A program made the position numbers and the translations under genes. Source: Callorhinchus milii (taxonomy: Eukaryota). Taken from it: a stretch of 64,000 nt of DNA. Location of the stretch: positions 8,558,001-8,622,000 of the forward strand of contig NW_024704742.1 in assembly GCF_018977255.1 (NCBI RefSeq). The letters are read 5' to 3'. Position 1 is the first letter of the stretch. Every line of letters starts with the position of its first letter. Positions 52,461 through 64,000 of the stretch are shown here, in pieces. Under the pieces are notes generated by a model that saw only the letters and a list, made by a program, of their open reading frames with translations, was not told where the DNA came from and searched no databases.

Positions 52461-53390
52461 GCTCTGTATAATTAGATTACACTGCTGGAGAGGATAGAGT
52501 TCTAAATTCTCGTTCTTGTTGTCAAAGGCCTCCACGACCTTCCGCTTTCCTACCTCTGTGACTTATTCAGCCAATACCAACCTGTCCGCTCCCTCCAATC
52601 AGTGGACTCTGGCCTACAACCCTTTGTGTGAAAAAGTGCTTCCTGATTTCGTTTCTAAATGGCCCAGCTCTAATTTTAGGATTATGTCCCCTTGTTCCAG
52701 TTTCCCCCACCAGAGGAAATAGTTTCTCTGTAGCAATCCTATCAAATTCCGTACTCATTTTAAACACCTCAATTGGATCACCACTCAACCTTCTAAGCTC
52801 AAGGGAATGCAGACCAACATGTCCTTATAATTTAGCCCTTTAAGCCCTAATATAATTCTGGTGAACCTGCGCTGCACCCCCTCCAGAACCAAAATATTTT
52901 TCCTGAGGAGTGGTACCCAAAACGGAACGCTGAACTCCAGATGGGGTCTGAATAAGACTAGATAACTGACAGTGCTCTAACCACTGAGCTACATGACTCC
53001 ACAAATATACCGTCAATTCACTTTACAGTCTATTCTGTGAAGTGTTTGAGACATTGAGAAGACCTGAAAAGCACTATACCAAATGCAAGGATTATTATTA
53101 TTATTATTAGATAGTTGAAGCATCATTTCCTCTCCTTTATATTCCAGCCCCCCTTGTGATAAAGGATAACATCCCATTAGTCTTTTTGATAACTTTTTGT
53201 ACCCGAGGGGTGAAGTTTGTTCACTCACGGTCAGTTATTGTTGAAGGACATTGCCAAGAGTAGAATATTTGACAGAGTGATAATGAATGCAATAATATAA
53301 CACCCCAATATTATGGCGGTCAATGAGTATTCTGTCATGTTCACTCTATAATAACCAGCAATAATGGTTTGTTTCTCAATTGTTTAACAG

Positions 53391-53415
53391 ACAGTAAAAG
53401 ATGCAATGAAGACAG
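53391..53415 (+). CDS. APOL: APOL-like copy 4, 25-nt micro-exon ((D)SKRCNED(R))
   Basis: tttaacag|ACAGTAAAAGATGCAATGAAGACAG|gtacgtac. Flanks are homologous to the other micro-exons. Confidence 0.7.
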
Positions 53416-54339
53416 GTACGTACAAATATGAGGCAGTTCCTGAATAAACTGCCTGATTTTGTGAATGAATCTCTTCTTCTCATCTCTCTGCATTGCTCTC
53501 TGTTTGATCGTGTTTTTTCTATATTTCACCAAAGTCTGGGTTGGGTTGTAGGCATCATGGTCAGATATTGTTGTGGGACCCTGCAGGGAGTAGAACATAG
53601 GACCCAGGTTCGATTCCTGGGCAGGGCAAATATTTAGGCAAGTTTCCTTACTCCACACACCTTTGTTTAGTTATCAGTAAATAGGGACCTGGTTGTTAGA
53701 CAATTGGTGGATTGCTTTCTGGGGGTAATAATCTCTCAATTTAAAAAAAATTGGTCACTCAATCCACAACTGTTTGTGGGATACTGCTATGTGCAACTTA
53801 CTGCCACATTTCTCCCACAAAATATACAGTTAATCCACTTTTTAATATAATCTGTGAAGCATTTTGAGATGTCTTACTGATTGATAAGCACTATATCAAA
53901 TGCAAGGATTATTATTAGTAATACATATAAGGAAGTGCTCCTGTTATCATGCTGCCGTGTTTTGCCCACAAAATATACAGTCAATTCACTTTACAGTATA
54001 TTCTGTGAAGCGCTTTAAGACTTCTAGAAGATGTGAAAAGGCACTATATCAAATGCAAGGATTAATATATTTTATTATTATCATTGAAGTGGTTTTACGG
54101 TAGAAGAGTAAATTAAATTGCATGAATTTAATGCTAACATCAACAACTTGGATTTATATAGCGTCCTTCACATGGAATAGTGTGTCGGAACGCTTAACAA
54201 TGGCAGAGCCTGACGTATGTTCGGGGGGGAGAGAGGAGGTGACCCTAAGCACGGTCGAAGAGGAAGGTCTTTAGTCATGTTTGAAAAGAGGAGAGGGGAC
54301 AAGCAGTGGGGTTGAGGAAGTTGGCTTTGTTGACCTTGG

Positions 54340-57300
54340 TCTTGAAGGTTCATTGACAATGCCGGAGCATGGCATTCTATCTTTGATTTATACTGAGGAC
54401 TGATATGTCTCGATTTTCCACATCGGAATCAAACTACTTGTTTCTTTACACTTACGGTTTCTCCCTTTTTTCCTTCTTGCCATGAAAATTTGGCTTTCCA
54501 TTTCCAACCTGTGAGAGTCCCGCATTTTTCCACATCATTCTGAGTTTATTTTCCACCAATATGTTTCCTTTATGGCTCCTTAAATTTTCTTTCTCACCCT
54601 GTCTTGCTCCCACTTCATTACCATTCCCTTAAAAACTGCCACCATCACGCCCACCCTGAAAAAACCCTCCCTTGATGCGTCGCAGCTATCAAGCTACCGG
54701 CCCATCTCCAACCTCCCCTTTCTCTCCAAGGTCCTGGAAAGAGTTGTTGCCTCCCAACTGCGCTCTTTCCTTTCCACCCATTCACTTTTCAAACCCCTTC
54801 AGTCAGGTTTCCGTGCTGCCCATAGCACAGAAACTGCCCTGTTCAAGGTCACCAATGATATCCTGACCATCTGTGACCAGGGCTCCCTCTGCCTCCTCGT
54901 CCTCCTCGTCCTCCTCGACCTGTCGGCAGCATTCGACACGGTCGACCACGCTATCCTACTCCACCGCTTGTCCTCCCACCTCAACCTTCAAGGCACTGTC
55001 CTTGAATGGTTTAGCTCTTACCTTTCCCACCGTCTTCACTTTGTCTCGACGAATGGCTTCTCCTCCACCCCCCGTACTGTCTCATGTGGTGTCACTCAGG
55101 GCTCTGTCCTCGGTCCCCTCCTCTTCACCCTCTACATGCTTCCCCTTGGTGACATCATCCGCAGACATGGAGTTAACTTCCACATGTATGCGGATGACAC
55201 CCAACTCTACCTTTCCTCCTCTGCTCTCAACTCCACGACCCCCGATGTCCTGACAGCTGCCTGTCCGACATCGAGTCCTGGACGAGCGACAACTTTCTTC
55301 AGCTCAACGTGCGAAAAACCGAGGCCCTCCTGATTGGCTCACGTCAGCGCCTCCGCACCTCAGGCGCTGACAGCATCAGCATCCAAGGCTGCACTCTCCA
55401 CCTCTCAAAGCCAATCAGGAACCTCAGCGTTTTGTTCGACCCTGAGCTGTCCTTTCTCCCTCACATCCGCACCACAACTGGCACCGCCTTCCATCACCTC
55501 CGGAACATCGCCAGACTACGGCACTACCTCACCCCTCACGCTGCTGAAACCCTGGTCCACGCCTTTGTCACCTCAAGGCTGGACTATGGGAACTCTCTCC
55601 TCGCCGGCCTTCCCGCCACCTCCCTCCACAAGCTGCAGGTCATTCAGAACTCTGCAGCTCGTGTACTGTCCCGCACCAGGCTTCGGGACCACATCATTCC
55701 CACCCTCGCTCGCCTCCACTGGCTCCCCATCCCCCAGAGGATTGATTTCAAGATCCTCATCCTCACCTATAAGGCCATTCACGGCCTCGCTCCCTCCTAC
55801 CTCTCTGACCTACTATCCCCCTACCTACCTGCCCGTACCCTCCGTTCCTCTGGCTCCGGTCTGCTCCACGTCCCCCGCCCCAATCGCCCTACCATTGGTG
55901 GTCGGGCCTTCAGCCTCTCAGCCCCCAGGCTCTGGAACTCTATCCCCCAGTGCCTTCGCCGCTTCCTCCCTCTCCTCCTTCAAGGCCGGTCTCAAAACCT
56001 TTCTCTTTGACCGAGCCTTCAGCTCCCCTCTCGACTCTCTTCCCCTCCTCGCTCCCTCCCTTCCCTCCCCTCACCCTGACCATTTCCCCCCTCCTCGCTC
56101 CCTCCCTTCCCTCCCCTCACCCTGACCATTTCCCCCCTGCTCGGGTCATGACCCAACTGTGCAGCGCCTTGGGACGTCCTCCTGACGTGAAAGGCGCTTT
56201 ATAAATAGAATCTTGTTGTTGTTGTTGTTGTTGTGATCTACGCCTCATCATAGTACTGATTGTTCCTATCCCAGCTTTCTTCAAATCTAGACTTGTACGG
56301 TGGTAAGGAATGGGTAATGATCATTCTGTGCTATTCTGCAAAGTGATCCAGATTATTATGGACCAAATATTCGATATTCAAATACTTCCCATTGTCTGTC
56401 TTTATAACATTTTGGATGTTCTCCTGGTATTTGTCTGCAATGCTCCAATACTGTATTGGGATCTCCTTTATCATATCTTATGGCATTTAAGGTGTTTCCT
56501 TGGAAGTTGGCAGAATGCCTTTCCCATATTTCATGTCCACTGATAAGGTTTTAAACATTGTTGTGGACAATATCGCTACTAGTAACCTGAAATGTCCTTT
56601 ATCATCACATCACGTGTATTTTGTATAGCTCCGCGCTCTGCCTCATTAAATGATTAAAGGCATCCAGTTTTCCAACAAATTTGAGAATGATATTTGCCAT
56701 TACTTGTAGTTGCATTGTAGTTGCATTGTGTCATATGGTATTTTTACTCGAGCTACCTCTTCATCCTCGCCATCTGGGTTAGGTTTCAATTTGTATTGAG
56801 GGGTTGGATACAATGACAAGGCTTTCACTTTTCAGTATTTGACAGTAAATTCCCATCTCAACATTGTCGCTTCCATCATGATACTGATAGGCTTCATCGT
56901 CTAGACTTCTCCAATCAATTGATTCAGCAGCCACTGTGTCCAGTCATGGTATAGATTATACCCCTCTTAACTGTGTGCTGTTCTTGTATTTTTTTCTATT
57001 TATTTTTGGTATGCAACATGTGATCCCCTTTTCTGGCTTTTTGCGACAGAGCTGCTTGCACTCTAATTACAGTGTGTAAATCACTATTCTGTTCAAGTTG
57101 TTTAATATTTTGCTGAACATTTCTCTTACATTCATTTATCTTGTCACCCCATTCCTGCACTTGCCTCAAAATATCAGTTGCCTGTACCTGATAATATTTG
57201 GTGTAAACTTCTAAACTGTATACTCTCCACATCTAAAAGATTCAATTTCTTCCCTTCCATTTGAACTGTTCTATTTGCAGATTATCCTTAAAATCAATCA

Positions 57301-57720
57301 ATTGGTATTCAGCCTCTTGGGGTCTTTTTTCCTGTTTATCCAGTTTCTTTTGAGCTCCTTTTGAGTTTCTTTCAACTCTTTTACATCAGTTTCTTTCAAC
57401 TCTCTTATCTCTGTTTCCAGGGTTTCTTTGAACCCTTTTAAATCTCTTAATTCTCTGATTTCAGAGATCTGTATTTAGACATCTGCAAGGTTTTAATCCA
57501 TGCAGCTTCAGTTTGGTTATTCTTTTACCTTTTTTATTTTTTATTCTTTTTTATTCTTTTATCTCTTCATTCTGCAAAACTTCATCCACATGTCTCAATT
57601 GGCGTGTCACTCATTAGTGGCTCCTTAAAGCTCCTCATGTTCAGGTAACCTTTTCTCCACATATGCTCTCTTTGAATTTGCCACGTTTTTTAGAATACTT
57701 TTTCTAATTCTCCAACTGTA
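54340..57720 (-). mobile_element. Decayed gag-like remnant split by the L2 insertion
   Basis: Degenerate CCHC knuckle (*FRCGKSRHISPQY) at 54390-54431 and A-rich, coiled-coil-like broken frames at 56240-57700. Confidence 0.35.
54600..56234 (+). mobile_element. Relatively young, 5'-truncated L2 LINE
   Basis: Long RT ORFs ([34 protein letters not shown]), CpG retained, tail gcgctttataaat..(ttg)n. Confidence 0.95.
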
Positions 57721-58967
57721 TTAAAGAGGCAGGGAGAGAGTAAGTAATTGGGGATGGAGTTCCAGAGGGTGGGGCGGGCCGGGTGGGAGATGTGGAGCCT
57801 GCAGAGTGACCCTATCCCTAAGTCTTAGGATTAGGTTGATAAGGGGTTAGTAGGTCGGAGACGTAGGAGGAGGCCATGGAGGGTCTTGAAAGCAAGGACG
57901 AGGATTTTGAACTCGATCCTCTGAGGGATGGGGAGCCAGATGAGGATAATAATAATAAGAAGAAGAAGAATAATCCTTACGTTTGATATAGCACTTTTGA
58001 CATCTTCTAGACGTCTCAAAGCACTTCACAGAATATACTGTAAAGTGAATTTAATATAATGTAAAGGATGGGGATGGAGTCACAGAGCCTGGTACGGGAG
58101 AGGACATTAGCTGCAGAGTTCTGGATGATATATTACAACGGGTTAGTAATCAAATTAATGCTTATGACAGGTTAGTAAAGTTCATTGCAATGGTTGGTTG
58201 GATCAATATAACGGCTTTGATAGAGGAATCAACTTATTAACTGGTTGGGTTGATCCAAAACTCAGCTCTTCTCTTTAAGCTCAGCTCTCCTCCCTTCATT
58301 GAGAATTATCCTTACATTTATACCTCGTAAAGACGTACATATCAACCTTGTCAAGATATCTGGAATTTAGCTTTACTGAAAACATCTTTGGAGTCGGACA
58401 GTTTCATCCCTTCACTGATATCCACAGTTGTCAACATCTTTTCGACTTTATAAAAATTCAAACAATTCTTTGCCTTCCCACAATGATGTTGAAGAAGAAA
58501 ACTTTGTTCCATAAACATCCTGTCACTTGTTTTCCGTTGTCCTTGGCCTTCGTACATGTGTGTAAATAGTCAGCTTTTACAAAGAAAACAAACCCATGAA
58601 CCTTTGCAATCTTCTTTGGTCAACCAAAGACGACCCAGAATTCTTGGGTTGCTTACACTAGCCTAAGGAAGATAGATAGAAAGTGCACTAAAGTGTCAAA
58701 GGCAAAAGTTGAAGGGAGCTCGAGTAGTAATGCCTGTGTCTCCTGAGAAGAAATATTTATTTTTGGAAATCTGTAAATCATTTCTTGGCTTCTGCTGCTC
58801 TCATTGCTGGATCTCTCACTGCTTTGCTCACTTTAGCAAATATATTGGGCCTTTTTTATTAAGCTTTAAAGTTTCAGCTCAAAAATATGTATTGTTCTAA
58901 ACTGTTATTTCTCTGACAATGTGTGCTTATGTGAGAACAGATATCATTGTATTTATAATATTAACAG

Positions 58968-59947
58968 GGAAGCCCTCGAAGCTGAGATGCAAAAGAGAAT
59001 TGAAGAAGTGCAACGCTTTAAAGATCTGTTTCCTGAATGGCAAAAAAGGATGAGAGAACACGAAAGAGGACTGTGCAATATTGCGCACGATATTGACACA
59101 GTTCACCAAAATGCCACAGTAGCCAACATTACAGGGACCTCAATCGGCCTTGTCGGAGGAATTCTATCCATTGGTGGATTAATCTCTGCTCCTTTTACAA
59201 TGGGTTTATCATTGGGGCTCATGGGTGTGGGAGCTGGCATAGGTGTAGTTGGTGGTGTCACTAACGTTGCAGCTAGTGGTGTGGATGCTTTTAAACAAGG
59301 GAAATTATCAACAGCTATTGATGAAATCATGGAACAATATAAAGGACAGTACAAAAATGGCAAATTGCCACAATCAGTGTATCAACGCAATTCAATTCTT
59401 ACATCTCTGCATTGATGTTTCACAATGTAGAGCTGAAACCTCAACAATAAGAAAGGACATTCTTTCTAAAATGTGCAATTCAAAAAGAGATTCAGCAAAC
59501 AAAATGGTAGGAGATGTAGTGAGGGAAGCAGTAGATAAAGCACCAAGGATGGTAGCAACAATAACAGCGAGAATGTCAAGAAAAGCAGCAAAACAAGCAG
59601 TGAACAAAGCAGTAGAAGAAGCAGCAGGAAAAGCAGCAGGTAAAGTAACAGGTAAATCAGTAGGTAAAGCAGCGGGTAAAGCAGCGGGTAAAGCAGCAAG
59701 TAAATCAGTAGGTAAAGTAACAGGTAAAGCAGTGTTCAAAAACATGAGCAAATCAGGGTTATGCAAATTGGGGGCTGCTACAGCTTTGTCAGGACTCATT
59801 ATTGCATGGGATATCTATTCTATAGTAAAGGATTTCATGAAACTTGCAGAGGGATCAGGGACAGAACTTTCTAATCAGATACGAAAATTGGCCCAACAGA
59901 TAGAGGATGAAGTAAAGATTTATGAAATTATTCATAAGTCTCTATAA
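58968..59947 (+). CDS. APOL: APOL-like copy 4, terminal exon (frameshift at 59341-59343)
   Basis: ttaacag|G GAA GCC. Contains FPEWQKRM..LCNIAHDIDTVHQNATVANITGTSIGLVGGILSIGGLISAPFTMGLSLGLMGVGAG. The second frame gives KDSTKMAN...LSGLIIAWDIYSIVKD...GSGTELSNQIRKLAQQIEDE, a classic APOL C-terminus. Confidence 0.9.
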
Positions 59948-60049
59948 GGTATTACAGTGAATGATGCAGCATGGAAACAGGTCACATAGCCCAACTAGTC
60001 CTGAGGATGAGATTATGTGTGTCAAAGGGTCTTCTTCATCTTAAGCTCG

Positions 60050-60240
60050 CGAGTAAGTGAGCGAGTGAGTGAGGCAGTGAGTGAGAAAGGGAGTGAGTGA
60101 ATGAGGCAGTGAGTGAGGGTGGGAGGGAGGGAGCGTGGGAGGGTGGGAGGGAGGGAGTGAATGTGTGAGGCAGTGGGCAAGTGAGTAAGGGAACGAATGA
60201 GGAATGGAGGGAGTAAGGCAATGAGTGAGTGAGCGAACGT
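60050..60240. repeat. (gagt/gagg)n simple repeat
   Basis: Visible tetranucleotide array. Confidence 0.85.
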
Positions 60241-61404
60241 TTGAGCAAATGAGTAAAGTACATGAGGCCGCCTGTCCCTTTCCCCTCTCCTGTATCCCTA
60301 TCCCCTTCTCTACTATGTATGAATCAATTTTTCTCTTGAATAGATTGAAGCTTTCTACTTCAACCATAGCTTCCGCAGTGAGTTTGACATTCTCACCATC
60401 CTTTGTGTGAAGAAACCCCCTAAACTCTGTTTAACATCTCCTGATGACTATTTTAGATTTATATCCTGTAGTTTTGGTCTCACCAAACTGTAAAACAACC
60501 CATCAACATCTAATTCATCAAATGCTTTCATAACCTAAACACCTCCATTAGCTTCACTCATAATCATCTCAACTCTGGAGAGAAAAGTTCCAAACTACCT
60601 GGTCTTTCCTGATAATCATATCCACTGGGAACATCCTTAGAAGCTTATGACATCCTAGTAAAATTACACTGCAACAGGAAAGTAAATCAATCAGATGGCC
60701 CAGGGGGAGAGACAGAGGAGCCATGTCCTTCTGTACAAGCCTGGGTTGTAATTTTACTAGGATGTCATAAGCATATATGGTAGCACATTGCCTCTGTAAA
60801 GGGAGATGTTTCCTCTGTCCCACCCATCTACAGACCCAGGGTCCTAGCGTTAAAAAGTTTCTACACTTTCAAGCACAAGTCAGATGAATAATATGGGGTG
60901 AAACCTATGGAGATTAACAAGGTCTGGGACACACAATCGAAGGTGAAGCAAGATATGAAGACATAACCTTCAACGTGACCTTGAAATCTCTGTAGGATCT
61001 CGCAAATTACACGATTTGGGTGGAATTGTAACATTTAAAAATGACGTTGATGCAAAATATTTCAAATCTTTATAAAATATAAAAATATGTGGCTCAACAT
61101 CAGCATCTTTACATCAGCCTGAGTCGTCCTCCTCATCCCTCCCTCCATCTTACTGACTCTCAATCTGCTGCACTGAGGACATCACATACAGCAGAAACTC
61201 AAGAGCATAGAACGAGGGTCATGTTGCCTGAAGTAATGTTTAAGCATTGAGGTCAGTTTGCTTTTCAATTAATTTAATTGGGTTCAGTTACTTTGTGGGA
61301 ATAATCTTCATTTTAGGAGTCAATCTCATTTTAATATTTTCTCACATAAAATACAGTCATACACTTTACAATCCTGTACACACTACAATCCTGTAAATCA
61401 CTAC

Positions 61405-63745
61405 TTACGCAGTATATAAGCGGCCCAACAAGGATGAAATCCCTGCTGGATTTAGTAATGGGAAATGGACCAGAGCAGATAGGAAAAGTACGAGTAGGGG
61501 AACATCTCGGCAATAGCGATCATAACTTAATAAGGTTTAAAATAATGATTGAGAAGAACATCAGTATGACAAAGACCAGGCTCATAGATTGGAAAAATGC
61601 TGATTTTTAGGGGATGAGAATGGAACTTGGGAAAATAAACTGGAAAACAATATCAGCAAACAAAGAGATAAAGCAGCAGTAGGAAACATTTAAAACAGTG
61701 ATCAATAGAGTCCAGGAGAAATATATTCCGCTAAAAAACAAGACAAAGCTAAATAAATAATAAGACACCAGGGATGAATAAAGACATAAGGGCAAATTTG
61801 AGACTCAGAAAACAAGTACTCACTAAGTACATAAACAACAAGGGAGAGCATGACAAAAAAGGACGAAGAGGTCAGGAAAATAGTCAAAAAAAATTAGGAA
61901 GACAAAGAGAAATTATGAAGTTAAGTTATCCAGAAATATAAAAAGAAATAGTGAAATATTCTACAGACACATAAATAACAAAAGAAACATTACAATAGGA
62001 ATAGGGCTATTAAGGGATGGACAAGATAAGCTCACAGTCCGCGATAGCGAAATGGCAGAAATATTAAATAATTACTTTGCCTCAGTATTCACCAGAGAGA
62101 TGGATCAGGTGGACATGACAGAAGAAGAGATCAAAAATAATATAAATACATTTAAGATACAAAGTGGAGATATAGTTGAAAATCTAACGAAACCCAGAGA
62201 GGATAAAACCCTGGTCCAAATGGATTGCATCCGCATATATTAAAAAGAATCGAGGGAAGAGATAGCAGAGGCATAATTACACATATATAATTACTCATTA
62301 GAAAAGGGAGTAGTCCCAGAGGACTGGAGGTTAGCTAATGTTATACCTATATTTAAAAATGGGGATAGGACAAGCCCAGGGAACTATAGACCTGTCAGCT
62401 TAACATCGGTGGTAGGAAAGATAATGAAATCCTTACTGAAGGAGGTAATAGAAAAACATCTAGAAACGTAAAACATAATAAAGAATAGTCAGCACAGATT
62501 TCAAAAAGGAAGGCCATGCTTGACCAACCTCATTGAATTCTTCGAAAGGGTAATGCGGTAATGTAATCCATTTAGATTTCCGAAAGGCGTTCAGTAAGGT
62601 ACCACATAATAGACTAATGAATAAGCAGAGCAAGTGGAGTCCGGGGAAAAATAGCAGAATAGATAGCAAGCTGGCTACAAAACAGAAAACAGAGAGTAGG
62701 GGTGAAGGGTAGTTACTCAGACCGGCAGGGCATGGGCAATGGTGTTCACAGGGATTGATATTGGGACCACTGTTGTTCACAATATACATTAATGATTTGG
62801 ACTCGGGAATCAGCAGTACAATTTCAAAATTTGCAGACGACACATGGGGGAATAGTTAATATAGAGGAGGACTGTAACACATTACAGCAAGACGGTAATA
62901 AACTTGCTGAATGGGCATTTAAATGGCAAATGCATTTCAATGTAGAAAAGTGTGAGGTGGTACATTTTGGGTAGAAGGAATAAGGAAGTCACATACATCC
63001 TGGAAAATAAAACCCTAAATGGGGTAGAGGAGCAAAGCGATCTAGGGGCACACACACAATTCACTAAAAGTAGCAATGCAGGTACAAGGCCATAAAAAAG
63101 CAACATGGAGGTTCATTTCTAGAGGAATAGAAATGAAAAGCACGGGAGTTATGGTAAACTGCTATGGAACCTGGGTTAGACCACACTTAGAATACTGTAT
63201 GCAGTTCTGGTCCCCACATTATGGAAGGGATGTAGAGGCACTGGAGAGGGTGCAAAGGAGATTCACAAGGATGATCCCAGAACTGAGAGGTTATACCTAT
63301 CAGGAAAGGCTGAACGTGATTGGACTCTTCTCTTGAAAAGAGGAGGGTAAAGGGTGACCTTTTAGAGGTCTTTAAAATTATGAAAGGTTTTGATAGGGTA
63401 GACATAGGGAAGATGTTTCCACTTGTGGGGGAGATCAAAACCAGGGGCCATCAATATATAGCAGTCACAAATAGATCAAATAGGGAAGTTCGAAGAAATT
63501 TCTTCACACAGAGAGTAGTGGGAATGTGGAACCTGATACCACAAGGAATTGTTGAGACAAAAAGCATAGATGTATTTAAGGGAAAGCTGGATAGGTACAT
63601 GAGGGAGAAAGGAATAGAAGGTTATGCTTGAAGGCTTAGTTGAGGGAGAGCGGGAGGAGGCTCATGTGGAGCATAAACAATGGCATAGACCAGTTGGGCC
63701 GAATGGCCTGTTTCTGTGCTGTATATTCTAACGTATTCTAATGTA
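61405..63745 (+). mobile_element. 5'-truncated decayed CR1 LINE (EN C-terminus, RT, 3' UTR)
   Basis: LDLVMGN..HLGNSDHN; MAEILNNYFASVFT; HLEYCMQFWSPHY; GDLLEVFKIMKG; 3' tail gggccgaatggcctgtttctgtgctgta..ttcta. Confidence 0.92.
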
Positions 63746-64000
63746 GTTTTCTATTGGCTCTGCCCATAGTTCATTCCTCTAACACTGGGCATAAGCCTCG
63801 ATGTTCTCCTCTGCACTGTCTCTATGTCCTGGACAGTCCCTTATGCCCTTGGGTGGGTAAAACCTTATTCAAGTACGTTACTGCACACACTTCTGTTTAC
63901 TATCTGTAAGTATGAACCGAGTTGTTAGTCGATTGACGGATCGCTTTTCAGGTGTAATAATCCCTTTTTTAAAAAAATGGGCACTCAATCCATGACTGTT

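Overview
Vertebrate genomic DNA, most likely a cartilaginous fish such as a chimaera. This is inferred from the dense CR1 and L2 LINE fragments and a tRNA-headed, Deu-domain-like SINE with an L2-type tail. Most ORFs in the track are spurious or retroelement debris. The real gene content is a tandem, + strand cluster of four divergent apolipoprotein-L (APOL)-like units. They share one architecture: a short ATG exon ending in phase 1 (found for copies 1, 2 and 4), a 25-nt micro-exon followed by GTACGTACA, and a large terminal exon. Copy 4 (50257-59947, ~363 aa after frameshift repair) alone has a hydrophobic N-terminal leader, a 12-nt GKAA-type cationic repeat and a strong IRF/ISRE element just upstream of its putative first exon. 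Copy 2 lacks half of the hydrophobic hairpin, and copy 3 has no ATG exon of its own. Each terminal exon carries one 1-2 nt frameshift, three of them at A-runs, which could be assembly error or pseudogenisation. Also present: an old ~2.4 kb direct duplication, a recent ~2 kb inverted duplication next to a 30-N gap, strand-biased G-rich minisatellites and a decayed gag-like remnant. Repeat boundaries are approximate and were read by eye.
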